Positions 30,769 through 43,766 of a stretch of 64,000 nucleotides of DNA are shown here, piece after piece (positions within the stretch are counted from its first letter, which is position 1; each line of letters starts with the position of its first letter). The notes under the pieces were generated by a model. It saw only the letters and a program-made list of their open reading frames with translations. It was not told the origin of the DNA and made no database searches. Position numbers and translations under genes: made by a program. The DNA is taken from the NCBI GenBank assembly GCA_000165345.1, contig CM000429.1, forward strand, positions 32,001 to 96,000. The letters run 5' to 3'.

Positions 30769-32154
30769 TTAAGCTTGATTTATAAAGAATTTAGGATTTC
30801 CTATGCTCCAACTAGAACTATTCGTTTTTGAAAATCGGCTGATATTACTGGCACTGCATAGTATTTGGCCAAATACCCAATTTTCTTCAAATTTAATTCC
30901 GTTTCTCTTTCTTCCGTAAATCTCAATTCCGCAACTCTTTTGGTCATTGCCATTATTAATTACGAAGTTACTCAAATCAATTGAGTATGAATTTGCATTA
31001 TTGTATAATTTAATGCTGAGCTTATTATTCAGAAAATTACAGTCACATAAAATAGTTTTTCCCAAAATTGTTTCTCGAGTTTCGCAGCTAAAACCCTTTT
31101 GAACTGCATACTTATTTAAAATTGTATATAATTGTAATAGCCTAATTTCTGGTATGATTGCTCCATATATATTTAAGTTTATGCTAAATTTAACATTAAA
31201 TTTAGATTTTACTTCTTTGTCTATCATTACTTTAACTATGGAGCCAGATTCTTCATTTGATAACAATTTTTCATATTTTGAAGATTCTCCTCCATTTTCA
31301 TTATAAATTGCAAATATCAAGGAGTCTTCATTTTTATTTGCTCTGTTTTTATCCCCAAGCCTACTACATTGAAAGGACATAATATATCTACCTTTAGAAG
31401 GTTCCATAGCTTTCGATGCTGTTTCAAAAATTCCAACTCCTTGGATTGAGTTATCATTTAATCCAATAATTCCATCAATTTTATTTTCAACTATGAACTT
31501 GTACATATTCTGAGAAAACAATTTAGATTTAAAAAAAGGAACCTCAATCAGAAGTTCTGAAACTTTTATCTTAGAATGTAAGCTTTTTTGAAGTATCTTA
31601 ATTTTATCTTTTTTCCCAACTGCAAAGCATCTATTCACAATATTAGAATGATTTTTTGATAATAAATTGTTATCCCAAATCCAAAACCCAATTTTTGAGA
31701 AGTTCAACATCAGTCTAAGAACATTTCCATTTTCCAATTTAAGTTTTAATGTTCGAATTATTGTCTTTCGTTTTTCTTTACTACTTCCTATATTAGTTTT
31801 CTCTTGACAAAATAAAACATTTCTTGTATTATCATCCTTTTGAAAAGTAGTTCTATTATCAACTAAAATTACTGGATTATTAAGTAAGTTAAAGATATCT
31901 TCATCTATTTCACAAGGTTTAGACTCTATATTATAATTCATTATATTACTGAAAATTTCTCCATCTCTCTCACTCTTTTTTTTTAAATGTAAAAGTGTTT
32001 CCATAAAAAACCCGTATTTATAGCTTTCTAAGCTATTATGATTTTCAAAGAAATGCCAAGATGGTGGGAATTCTATTTCATTAAGGTTTCCAGACGAATT
32101 TAGACAATGTGTTTTTAATATTATTAATACAAAAGTCAAAAATAATAAACTCAT
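30769..32154 (-). CDS. Secreted pepsin-like (A1 aspartyl protease fold) protein whose two catalytic motifs are both degenerate. It is probably a non-catalytic pseudoprotease.
   Basis: It has a signal peptide, MSLLFLTFVLIILKTHC. Pepsin-fold landmarks are IDGIIGLNDNSIQG (compare FDGILGL), the C-lobe pattern FNVKFSINLNIYGAIIPEI...FSCE...WVFGQILC, and conserved cysteines. The expected DTGSS and DTGTS sites read ILVDNRTTF and NIYGAII. Confidence 0.55.
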   Translation of the reverse strand: MSLLFLTFVLIILKTHCLNSSGNLNEIEFPPSWHFFENHNSLESYKYGFFMETLLHLKKKSERDGEIFSNIMNYNIESKPCEIDEDIFNLLNNPVILVDNRTTFQKDDNTRNVLFCQEKTNIGSSKEKRKTIIRTLKLKLENGNVLRLMLNFSKIGFWIWDNNLLSKNHSNIVNRCFAVGKKDKIKILQKSLHSKIKVSELLIEVPFFKSKLFSQNMYKFIVENKIDGIIGLNDNSIQGVGIFETASKAMEPSKGRYIMSFQCSRLGDKNRANKNEDSLIFAIYNENGGESSKYEKLLSNEESGSIVKVMIDKEVKSKFNVKFSINLNIYGAIIPEIRLLQLYTILNKYAVQKGFSCETRETILGKTILCDCNFLNNKLSIKLYNNANSYSIDLSNFVINNGNDQKSCGIEIYGRKRNGIKFEENWVFGQILCSASNISRFSKTNSSSWSIGNPKFFINQA

Positions 32155-32564
32155 TGATTAGCAACTACAATAAATGATTGATTACCAAAAAAAACTATCT
32201 AGCTCATATTATTAACTTAAATCGTAAAGTTAAATAAAAATTAAATTTATGCAATTTATTATCACTTTTACCTAAAGTATGCTCTATTTCTCGAGTTCAA
32301 TTCTCAACTTTATAATAAGTTGCGTTTTGCATGCAAATTATTAAACTAGACAAAAAATAAGTGTTTCAAAGCAAATTAAATACTGTGTGATGTCAGCATT
32401 GCATTTAAAAGTAAAAAATCTCTTTGGTAAATCTTCAATTATTACTTCGCAAAATTATCTGTAATAATTTCCAATGCTAAGATCAAATTAATATTGGCGC
32501 CAAAATCTCAATGCATATTTTAATATTCAAGAATAATACTGCTTAAAAAACTTTTTTTTCCATA

Positions 32565-33364
32565 ATGGGTAGGAAAAAAAGGAAGATAGCTGAAATCAAA
32601 CCATTTTGTTACTATTGTAACCGCGAGTTTGGAGATGAAAAGGTTTTGAAACAGCACCAAAAAGTGAGACATTTGAAATGCTTACACTGCAGTAGAAAGC
32701 TTTCAACTGTTTCTGGATTAATTGTTCACATGCTACAGGTAAGTTGGAATTTTAAATCTTCAAAAATTTATAGCTAAGATTGATGAATTAATTCATCCCA
32801 ATATTTTAGGTCCACAAAGAGACTTTATCTAGAATTCCAAATGCCATTCCTGGACGTGACATTCCGGATATTGTAATTAATGGTATGAAAGGAGTACCTT
32901 CTGAATTAATAGAAGAAAGAATAAAGAAACAGAATGTGGAAATAGATATACAAAAAAATCTAAAAAGTTATAATCCTCATGGAAATAAGATGATGGCATT
33001 AATGAACGAGGTTGCGACAAATTTTGTTAAGGAACACAGTAAGTTTAAATTCAGTAATTACTTAGAATTTTAAATCCTCAAAAATTAAACTTCAGATCTA
33101 GGGGATATACGCGTTCCAGGAATGTATGGAGGCCCAGAATTCATCTTTGGAGCAATGCTTCCCTTCCCAAATCAAAAACCAATCCCAGGTGTAATGGTTC
33201 AAAGGGAGAATGAGAATTTGGGGAAAACATCAAAAAATTACGAGCTCATAATGGTCCTAGAAGATTCAGATACTTCTCCGGAGGAATTGTATGCATCAAA
33301 ACTATTTTCTTACAAGATAATTAGAAAGCATGCACCAATTAATATTTCGCTTATTAAAAAGTAA
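32565..33364 (+). CDS. ZNF207: ZNF207/BuGZ-type C2H2 zinc-finger protein, three exons: join(32565..32738, 32810..33038, 33096..33364).
   Basis: MGRKKRKIAEIKPFCYYCNREFGDEKVLKQHQKVRHLKCLHCSRKLSTVSGLIVHMLQ is followed by a GTAAGT donor. Exon 2 is VHKETLSRIPNAIPGRDIPDIVINGMKGVPSELIEERIKK. Together they match the human ZNF207 N-terminus (MGRKKKK..KPWCWYCNRDFDDEKILIQHQKAKHFKC...VHKETIDAVPNAIPGR) almost residue for residue. A second, 57-bp intron with GTAAGT and TTCAG is phase 1 and joins the in-frame ORF at 33122-33364. Confidence 0.85.
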
Positions 33365-34468
33365 TTAACTAGATTTTTTAAGATGAGATTTTTGGAGTTC
33401 CCATATTTTATCTGTAAATCCTTTATCTAGAAAACTTTGTATTGCTTCTGCAACACTCGGAGAATAATATGTGAGATAGAAAAACAAAAGTTCATGACCC
33501 TGAGCAATCCAAGCTTCATTTAAAAGATTCGAGGTTGCTTTAACCATTAAATCTGAACATTTTTCCGAGGCCATCCCCTTCAATTTATGAGCACCAACGT
33601 TCAGAGATCCATCGTGCAGAACATTTCTTGAATCAAACTCAGTTTGGACATGCCCTGGATAGATGTTAGTAATAACTACGTTGGGGTTGCCAAGGTGAAT
33701 TGCTGGAGAAATATTTTCCTTCTTGTCACCAGAATAGTTATATTCCAAGTATTCATCCCAGTTAGTATAGTTCAATTCTTTTCTCAATGCCTGGAAAAAT
33801 GAAAGACAAGCTCTTTTGCTTGCTCCATATGCACATCTTCCAGGTAATACTACATAGGACTGGATACTAAGTGTATTTATTAAATGCCCTGACTTTTGCG
33901 GAATAAAACATTTAGAAAGAACTTGTTTAGAAATTTTCATGCTACCTAATGAGTTGATCATCATAACCTTTTCATCTGACTCAAAGCTACCTATGATTGC
34001 TCTTTGGCCAATTCCGGCATTATTATATAGAATATCAATTTTTCCTTTCCAATTTCTAGCTTCATCAACCTTTGAGTCAATTGCGTCTAAATCACCAATA
34101 TCGAATTCTAAGACTAAAATATCATTTTCGGGAAACTTAAATTCCTCAACCAAATCATTCTTTAGTTGGTTGAGTCGTTTACTATCCCTACTTGTTAGGA
34201 TTAAAGATAGTGTAATATTACTTTCCTTTGAAAGTTTTGCTAATCTCAAAGCAAGAGCTTTGCCAATTCCAGAAGAGGCTCCTGTAATCCAAACTACTTT
34301 ATCTTTGAAGTATCCAGGAGAAATGTCATCACTTAAACAGCCTAAATTGAAGTCAGAGTATTTAGAAATCAAAGTGACAAACATGCCCCAAACTAACACT
34401 GGCAGTGCAATAAATGCACTAAGAATAAAACCATATACATTCAAAATCGTTCTAAGTGCCCTTCTCAT
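33365..34468 (-). CDS. Short-chain dehydrogenase/reductase (SDR) with an N-terminal membrane anchor.
   Basis: The N-terminal TM is ILSAFIALPVLVWGMFVTLI. The NAD(P)-binding motif is VVWITGASSGIGKALA, with NNAG and a catalytic YGASK. Its stop codon directly abuts the convergent ZNF207 stop at 33364/33365. Confidence 0.85.
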   Translation of the reverse strand: MRRALRTILNVYGFILSAFIALPVLVWGMFVTLISKYSDFNLGCLSDDISPGYFKDKVVWITGASSGIGKALALRLAKLSKESNITLSLILTSRDSKRLNQLKNDLVEEFKFPENDILVLEFDIGDLDAIDSKVDEARNWKGKIDILYNNAGIGQRAIIGSFESDEKVMMINSLGSMKISKQVLSKCFIPQKSGHLINTLSIQSYVVLPGRCAYGASKRACLSFFQALRKELNYTNWDEYLEYNYSGDKKENISPAIHLGNPNVVITNIYPGHVQTEFDSRNVLHDGSLNVGAHKLKGMASEKCSDLMVKATSNLLNEAWIAQGHELLFFYLTYYSPSVAEAIQSFLDKGFTDKIWELQKSHLKKSS

Positions 34469-34559
34469 TTCAATGTTGAAAATCTAATACAAGAACCAAG
34501 TATCTTAATTAATTTTATCAAAGTATGAATTCATGCACATACAAATAATTATAATCGAA

Positions 34560-34578
34560 GGCGCGCAAATGTGGCGCC
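34560..34578. promoter_or_regulatory. Tandem GGCGCGC / GGCGCC boxes in the divergent SDR / USP14 promoter.
   Basis: The sequence gaaggcgcgcaaatgtggcgccacaat lies between the minus-strand SDR start at 34468 and the USP14 ATG at 34630. Confidence 0.55.
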
Positions 34579-34629
34579 ACAATAATTTTAATGTGAACAC
34601 AAGTAATAATTAATATTAAGTTAAATGCA

Positions 34630-36096
34630 ATGGAGCAAATAAAAGTAACAGTCAAGTGGAACGTGAAAACCTTTGAAGATGTTGATCTTGTTTTTTCAAG
34701 TCCTCTTTCTGAGTTTAGGGAGAGGTTAAGCAATTTGACAGGGGTACCTGCTTCTAAGCAGAAATTAATGTCCCAAAGAGGTGTATTAAGAGATGGGATG
34801 GATTTAAATAAGCTTGGTTTAAAGCCTGGATCAAAGATAGTTCTTGTGGGTACTGCAGAAGGAGGTGAATTGAAGGCTCCATCAGAGAAAACTATATTTT
34901 TTGAGGACTTAACTTCGGATGAAAGGGCAAAGATCTTGCATGAAAAGGAAATAGTACCTCTTCCAGTAGGCCTAGAGAATCTGGGAAATACGTGCTATTT
35001 AAATTCAATAATTCATATGTTGAGAAGTATCCCTAGTTTTTTACAGATTTTGAGAAATAGCAATTTGAGCTCATCTGAAAGAACAAGTTCAAGTTCAGGA
35101 AATTCAATTAAATTTCTCAATTCGTTTAAACAGTTAATGGACAAGATGGACGGAAGCATTGAAAGAGTGGTTCCAGGAGAGTGTGTTGACTTATTTAGGC
35201 GTCAGTTCCCCCAATACAGTACAACAACTGGAGGAGCTTTTGCGATGTACCAACAACAAGATGCAGAGGAAGTTTTGGGAAGTTTGCTTACATTGTTTAG
35301 AAACGAGCTAGACGGAAAAGATGGAGACGATCAGACAATAGGGGATATATTTCGTTTTAGAATGAAAACTAAATTTAAAAATACTGCATTAGAGACTGAC
35401 GAGGAAGTTAAAATGGAGGAGAATTATAAGCTTATGTGTCATATGGGAACTCAATTGAATCCTGTAGACTTCTTAACTCAAGGTATTAAGCTCTCATTAG
35501 ATGAGAAAGTTGAGAAGAAATCTTCTGAAACAGGTATCGACTCTATTTATCAAAAAACTTCGGAAATAGATTCTTTGCCACCATATTTACTTGTACAGCT
35601 TGTACGATTTGAATGGAAAAAATCTAGTGAGATTGCAAGAACAGAGGCTACTAGAGCAAAAGTATGTAGAAAGATTGAGTTTTCCCAAAATTTAGATCTT
35701 TATGAATTTTGCTCTGAAGATTTAAAAAAAATCCTTAATATTGGAAGAGATATCTCAGAGAAAAAGAAGAGTAAAGCCATAGAGAAGCCTGATCAAGAAG
35801 AACAGAAAATGGAGACAGAGTTATATACAGATTGTCCTACAGGAGTATATGAACTCGAATGCGTAGTTACTCACCAAGGTCGTACTGCCGACAGTGGGCA
35901 TTACGTTGCTTGGAGATATTGTCCAAATGATCGAGAATACATTATTAAATTTGATGACGACAAGGTCTCGAGAATAAAAGCCAAGGATGCAGATCTTTCA
36001 GGTGGTAGATCTGACTACCACATAGCTGTAATGCTTTTATACAAAAAAACAGTAATTAAGGCTTCAGAAGAGGAGATGGCCACATTATTAAGTTAG
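34630..36096 (+). CDS. USP14: Ubiquitin carboxyl-terminal hydrolase USP14/Ubp6, an N-terminal UBL domain followed by a USP catalytic domain.
   Basis: The UBL is MEQIKVTVKWNVKTFEDVDLVFSSPLSEFRERLSNLTGVPASKQKLMSQRGVL. The Cys box is GLENLGNTCYLNSIIHMLRSIP and the His box is YELECVVTHQGRTADSGHYVAWRY...IKFDDDKVS. Collinear with human USP14. Confidence 0.92.
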   Translation: MEQIKVTVKWNVKTFEDVDLVFSSPLSEFRERLSNLTGVPASKQKLMSQRGVLRDGMDLNKLGLKPGSKIVLVGTAEGGELKAPSEKTIFFEDLTSDERAKILHEKEIVPLPVGLENLGNTCYLNSIIHMLRSIPSFLQILRNSNLSSSERTSSSSGNSIKFLNSFKQLMDKMDGSIERVVPGECVDLFRRQFPQYSTTTGGAFAMYQQQDAEEVLGSLLTLFRNELDGKDGDDQTIGDIFRFRMKTKFKNTALETDEEVKMEENYKLMCHMGTQLNPVDFLTQGIKLSLDEKVEKKSSETGIDSIYQKTSEIDSLPPYLLVQLVRFEWKKSSEIARTEATRAKVCRKIEFSQNLDLYEFCSEDLKKILNIGRDISEKKKSKAIEKPDQEEQKMETELYTDCPTGVYELECVVTHQGRTADSGHYVAWRYCPNDREYIIKFDDDKVSRIKAKDADLSGGRSDYHIAVMLLYKKTVIKASEEEMATLLS

Positions 36097-36192
36097 CTAA
36101 CAAATAATAGATAATAAGAAAAAAACTTAGAAACTATCATTAAGTACATCGATTTTAGATCATCGTAGAATTCTATAGCTTCATTTCACGAC

Positions 36193-36536
36193 CTACTTGG
36201 AGAAGCTGAGCATTTGTTTCTCGTTGAATAAACGATTCAAACATGCATCACTCTCACCTCTCTGTCTAACAGCTCCAGAAATTGCGAAACTAACAACTTG
36301 ACCAGTAGCAACACCTTCATCGTCAACTAAAGCGACGTCAATCTGAACGGCTCCATGCTCCTTGGATGGAATCAATCTCTTGGTAGCTGAGCACTTTCTT
36401 GGGATATATAAATCAACGATCTTTCCTTCAATGTTCTATTAATGCAAATGAAAAGTTAGATGGTCTACTCCTATAAACGGACGAATCCACTAAGGAAGTC
36501 GTAGTGGAAACTCATAACAATAATACTTACCTGCAT
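36193..36536 (-). CDS. RPS21: 40S ribosomal protein S21e, two exons: complement(join(36193..36435, 36531..36536)). The first exon is the 6 nt ATGCAG.
   Basis: The spliced protein MQ|NIEGKIVDLYIPRKCSATKRLIPSKEHGAVQIDVALVDDEGVATGQVVSFAISGAVRQRGESDACLNRLF matches S21e ([40 protein letters not shown]...[20 protein letters not shown]). A GTAAGT donor follows ATGCAG directly, the intron is 95 bp and the acceptor is TTAATAG. The ORF track sees only the 3-prime 60 codons. Confidence 0.88.
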
Positions 36537-36703
36537 GATTACAAATTAATAAAAATTATAAAGCTGTATTTCAGAAATTCTAATACACCCTTTTCGAAGT
36601 CCCTTAATTTTCGCTGAATTTATTACTTCTCTGCGAATTCTTCAATATTATTATTTTTCATTATTTACATTGGAGACAGAAAAAAAAATTGTCTCGTCGC
36701 GGA

Positions 36704-36747
36704 GGCGCCCAAAATATGGCGCTTCCAAAAGCCTCAAACCTGGCGCC
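36704..36747. promoter_or_regulatory. Cluster of three GGCGCC/GGCGCT (E2F-like) boxes upstream of RPS21.
   Basis: The sequence gcggaggcgcccaaaatatggcgcttccaaaagcctcaaacctggcgcctta lies about 170-210 bp upstream of the RPS21 ATG on the minus strand. In a sequence of about 28% GC, this six-base all-GC site should occur less than once in 64 kb by chance. Confidence 0.6.
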
Positions 36748-36872
36748 TTAATTGGGTTAAATACAAACATGCATTAAAAAAAATAGTGAATTAGAACATA
36801 CTACTAATAAATACTTTGATTAAAGATCTTTAGGCATCTAATGTATTTTTGAATCATCTTGGCTTCATTAAT

Positions 36873-37922
36873 TTACTTGTTTTCAACCAACATGTCATAT
36901 AGTATTGCAATTTCTTTTTTGTAGACTTTGTCATCATTATTCGGATCAGGGGTTTCAAGGATTAATGGAATGTCATTGAATCTTGAGTCGTTCATAATAA
37001 ATTTAAAACATTCCATACCGATGTTACCCTTTCCTAGATTTTCATGTCTATCCAGGCCGGAATTAAACTGCCCTTTTGAATCATTTAGATGCATTGCTTT
37101 TAAATATTTAAGTCCAATTACTGCTTCAAATTCAACCATTACTTTATTAAAACTTTCTGCAGTTCTAACATCATATCCTGCTGCGAAAAGGTGGCAAGTA
37201 TCAAGACAAACTCCAATACGGCTTTTATCCTTAACTCTTTCAATTATTTCAGAAAGCTCTTTAAATCTATAACCTACACATTTTGATTCTGCGCAGTTTT
37301 CTAACACCGTGATTACTGACTTTGTCTGCTCATGGGCTTTATTAATACAATCTGAAATAAATTGAATGGATTCTTCTTTACTGCACTGGCCAACTGTTGA
37401 TCCAGGGTGGAAGTTATAAAGCTTAATTCCTAGTGCATCACACCTTTTGAGCTCATCTTCAAATGCTCCGTACATTTTACTTCTTTTCTCTTCATCCGGA
37501 TTCCCTAGATTTATCAAATATGAACCGTGGGGAATACAAAATTTACAATATTCAATTTTGTTAGTTTCACAATTTTTCTTGAAAAGGTCAATTGTTTGTT
37601 GTTTTAAAGGAGGAGCATTCCATCCACGAGATGGCTTTAGAAACATAGAAAATGCCATCCCCGCAATATTCATTGAATTATTCACTGACTTATCTACTCC
37701 TCCTGATGCACTTACATGAGCTCCCACAAATTTCCGATATTTTTCGGCTAGTTCTTTGTGTCCCTCATATGTATGGCAAACATCATCCCTTACTTTTAAT
37801 TCTGTCTTAATATTCGATGAAAATACTTCTAGTTTTGCCTGTTTCAGATTCCTGCTTTGATTTTTTTCGCCTTTCTCTTCCTTAATTACTTTCTTAAGTG
37901 ATTTCTTTGGAGAATTTGGCAT
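36873..37922 (-). CDS. APN1: AP endonuclease of the endonuclease IV / Apn1 family (TIM-barrel, metal-dependent).
   Basis: Matching blocks are FVGAHVSASGG, HGSYLINLGNPD, NFHPGS, CLDTCHLFAAGYD, HLNDSKGQFNSGLDRHENLGKGNIG and IPLILETP. All are canonical Endo IV blocks. Confidence 0.9.
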   Translation of the reverse strand: MPNSPKKSLKKVIKEEKGEKNQSRNLKQAKLEVFSSNIKTELKVRDDVCHTYEGHKELAEKYRKFVGAHVSASGGVDKSVNNSMNIAGMAFSMFLKPSRGWNAPPLKQQTIDLFKKNCETNKIEYCKFCIPHGSYLINLGNPDEEKRSKMYGAFEDELKRCDALGIKLYNFHPGSTVGQCSKEESIQFISDCINKAHEQTKSVITVLENCAESKCVGYRFKELSEIIERVKDKSRIGVCLDTCHLFAAGYDVRTAESFNKVMVEFEAVIGLKYLKAMHLNDSKGQFNSGLDRHENLGKGNIGMECFKFIMNDSRFNDIPLILETPDPNNDDKVYKKEIAILYDMLVENK

Positions 37923-38177
37923 CTTATCCCAATTATTACACTCTATTGAATAGATCTTTGGGTAATATTAAATTTTGAGAAAAATAGACTTAAAAATTCA
38001 AAGCCTTTTATTCCCTTATAAAAGTTACTAAACGTAAAGTTAACGCGGGAAATATTAATTTATCGCATGCAACATGTAATTCATTAAAGAATTAAGCTAA
38101 TTGAATTGTATAACATTATAACCCCCTAAACTTATTGACTCAAAATTTAGTTATAATGATGAAAACCGCTCCTTTAA

Positions 38178-39926
38178 TTATTTATCGATATTAAAAATAT
38201 CAATAATATCGTTTAAATTTGAGAAATTCTGAGAATTCTTATAATTCCAATATTCATGTGTAAAGTCCCATTCATATTCAACAACATCTTTAGATACAGA
38301 GCTATTTTTGGCATTCAAAACAGATGATGAAAGCCTCTTTCCTTTAGCAAACCATCTTGGCACAGCAGAATTTCCAGTCTTTTCTCTTTTTCTTTGCTTT
38401 TCTTCTAATAGTCCTTTAATGATTTGAGCCCCATCCACGTCTCCAGATTCGTATAATCTCTGATCAGGCCTAAATCTACTGTCAGTTATTGGTATGTTTG
38501 CACCTTTTTCTGGATTGTAATCATCTGATATTTCATTCAATTCAAGAGCCATATATGTTAAGAAAAAATTATGTGAATTATCTCCATTATTAGGATGCGG
38601 GTTACATCTCCAAACAACATTTGATTTGGAATATGGATGAAATGAATCATTTTGAGATTTCGTTGAAGAAATTTGGATTTCTTGGTCTGACTGTCCTTCA
38701 ATGCAGAATAACCTCTGATTATCCTCGTTATAGACTGAGCCTGTTACAATATTTCGTCTTTTACCACGCTTTGAGTTTTCTAAGCTACTATTATATTTAT
38801 TCAATGAATATGAATTATTTGAATCTGAGAAAAATGAGGTCTTTCCTCTATAACCATGATTTTTCGATGTTACATTAACATCTCCTAACCATTCCAACCA
38901 TGTAGAACCAAAAATAATATTATGAATAATGCAATTAGGTCGTTCCCAAGAATATTCCTCCTCTCCATCAGCGGTCCTGATCTTTAAATGAACAGTTCCT
39001 TGTGGAAGAATGGACAGACTGTTTGGTCCAAACGACATAGTTGACCAAACTGTCCCCCAATAGACCCAACTTCCATCATCTGATTCTGCATGATATGCTG
39101 CAACAGGAGGATGATGCATAACTTGCTCTGCAATAAATTTGAACCCTCTATGAGTTAGTTCAAATGTCTCTCCTAATAGGGGATTGAAAGGCTTTGAAAG
39201 TCTCAAAAATGTTGAAGAAATCGCTGAAGATGCAAATACCGTTATATATGCAACTCTTTCATCAACAGATTTGGAATTACTTGCTTTTTTCAGTAAATCA
39301 TGGTATTCTAAATCCTCAGAAAGTCTTTGTATAAAGGATAAAGGCTCATTTAAGCATATAGGCATAGATATCCTTGAAAGATCTTTTCCAAAAACTTGCC
39401 TCATCATTGATAAAAGCGAGAATTTGGCAGATGTTTTTGGAACCGGAAGGTTCCGTCTCCTAGTAATATTACATGTTTCTTCTTTTTCTATATCTTCGTT
39501 TTCAACACAAGTTTTTGTTGTATTTAGCCTTTCAACAGATAATTCATCTTCACTTTCTTTAATACTAACAAAACTTTCCTCACTATTTGTTTTCATTACT
39601 TTATTTTTTTCAATGAGCGAATTACTATTGCTTGATTCTATTATAGAAGATGAACTAATCAGATTATCTACTTCTTCAATTACTGTAGTGGTTTCTGCCT
39701 CGTTACTTACTATATGAACCTCTTCTAATAAATTAGATGAACTTAAAGACTTTGAACGTCTTTCACCTGTATTTGTTTCTATTTCTATATTTTCTAGCAG
39801 GCTAATATGCTTATTTACATCTATCTCTTGAGTTATATCTGTGTTCCTTTCAAGTATCTCTTCTGTTCTAAATCCTTTAGGCTTTCTATGAACATATCTC
39901 GATATTTTCCTTCGGATTCTGTTCAT
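38178..39926 (-). CDS. Oxysterol-binding protein-related protein (ORP) with a low-complexity N-terminal region and a C-terminal ORD lipid-binding domain.
   Basis: The OSBP fingerprint EQVSHHPP appears as EQVMHHPPVAAYHAESDDGSWVYWG. The track ORF starts at a GTG at 39941, and the first ATG (MNRIRRK) is at 39926. Confidence 0.85.
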   Translation of the reverse strand: MNRIRRKISRYVHRKPKGFRTEEILERNTDITQEIDVNKHISLLENIEIETNTGERRSKSLSSSNLLEEVHIVSNEAETTTVIEEVDNLISSSSIIESSNSNSLIEKNKVMKTNSEESFVSIKESEDELSVERLNTTKTCVENEDIEKEETCNITRRRNLPVPKTSAKFSLLSMMRQVFGKDLSRISMPICLNEPLSFIQRLSEDLEYHDLLKKASNSKSVDERVAYITVFASSAISSTFLRLSKPFNPLLGETFELTHRGFKFIAEQVMHHPPVAAYHAESDDGSWVYWGTVWSTMSFGPNSLSILPQGTVHLKIRTADGEEEYSWERPNCIIHNIIFGSTWLEWLGDVNVTSKNHGYRGKTSFFSDSNNSYSLNKYNSSLENSKRGKRRNIVTGSVYNEDNQRLFCIEGQSDQEIQISSTKSQNDSFHPYSKSNVVWRCNPHPNNGDNSHNFFLTYMALELNEISDDYNPEKGANIPITDSRFRPDQRLYESGDVDGAQIIKGLLEEKQRKREKTGNSAVPRWFAKGKRLSSSVLNAKNSSVSKDVVEYEWDFTHEYWNYKNSQNFSNLNDIIDIFNIDK

Positions 39927-41006
39927 ATGATTTACCTCCACACTATTATTCTAATATCTTCTATTTAATAGAAGCCAAACTGATCTTTTTGTTAATTATT
40001 TCACAACAATTCAAAGTTAACTGAAATATTTCATTACTTGGGTAAATACTCCCTCAAAGTTTCACAAACTAATATTAATTTATTTTCTGTTTAATTTCTT
40101 TCAACACAATTAGAAATAATTGATTCCCTTAAGACTAACTATAAGTATGACTTCTTTGTACTTTTCAAAGAATCCTTAGCTACTTAACATGTAAAGAAGG
40201 CTTTTTCTGTGTATTAAAGTCTTGTCGTTTTTTAATCCTTTATTCCTAAAAATCAATTCTTGCATTGACAAAATATTATTGCAACCCTTATTTTTCCCGC
40301 CAATATAAGTCAATGCACATTTACATGTATTATAGACAAGTACAGATAAATAAGAAAAAAAAATTAAATTCATATTATAAATAATAATCAAATTGTATAA
40401 TTGGAAAGAAAAATAGAAAATCTCTGTAGATATTGTATGGAAAAGTTAATTATTCATTTATTATTTTTTTTTCAATCTATTTATGGATGATCTGTAATTT
40501 TATTTTTTAAGATTATATATCTTCAATTAAATATTTACTTTCACAAATTTAGAAATATATAATTTAACTTTGTTTGGACGAAATTAGTTTTTTTTTGCAA
40601 AAAGTATATTAATTAATGAAAAAAATCACAATTTGATTTGCATGCAAACTCTGTCTTAAAATAATCTCATTCAAATAATTAGAAATTCAAATGACTAATT
40701 CTTAGACAATTCGTTTTTAATAAATATAAGAACTGAGTTAGAAATTATGATCGAATGTTACGTATTGAACCTCGAGTTCATCGTAAAAATGTTGAGTAAA
40801 ATGCTAAATTCTCGCACAATCTAGTTTAAGAGAAACAATTGTTATATTAATAGGAATTAGTAATTGAAAGAAATTAGACTGTGAAAATCAAATCGAATAA
40901 GTCAATATTAATGTAAATTATTAGATGATATATATCAATCTAACTTCCAGAGGAAAGGTAGTGTAACACAGATAAAGTAGTTAGCACGCTTCGACCCTCA
41001 AGAAAT

Positions 41007-43469
<2,463 letters not shown>

Positions 43470-43744
43470 TTAATATCTTCAATATATTTATTATGAATTC
43501 TACTTTACCTCTACCTTTTTACTATTGAACCGTTTTAGTAATCGTATATATATACATATATATAAATAAGTATATATTATATTAATGTATATTCATAAAT
43601 GTACTCCTGAATCCAGAATTAATCAGTTTTTATGTTAATTATTCAGATTATCTTTGGAATACTCGCTCTATAATATTCTTTATTTTCTTTTGTCTCCATT
43701 TATTTCCTCTATTCTATTATAAGTGGGGTAATATACCCACATTT

Positions 43745-43766
43745 TACCGCCTAATTTTTGGCGGTA
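43745..43766. promoter_or_regulatory. Perfect 7-bp inverted repeat TACCGCC-taattttt-GGCGGTA inside a conserved CATTTTACCGCCTAA motif, in the CDC48 / Josephin divergent intergenic region.
   Basis: The sequence cacattttaccgcctaatttttggcggtatgtgtgcat lies about 300 bp upstream of the CDC48 ATG. An adjacent GGGTAatatACCC mini-palindrome sits at 43727-43739. A near-identical gcatttaccgcctaaatgtgtg occurs at 56458-56480, and tttaccgcc occurs at 20719-20727. Confidence 0.5.
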
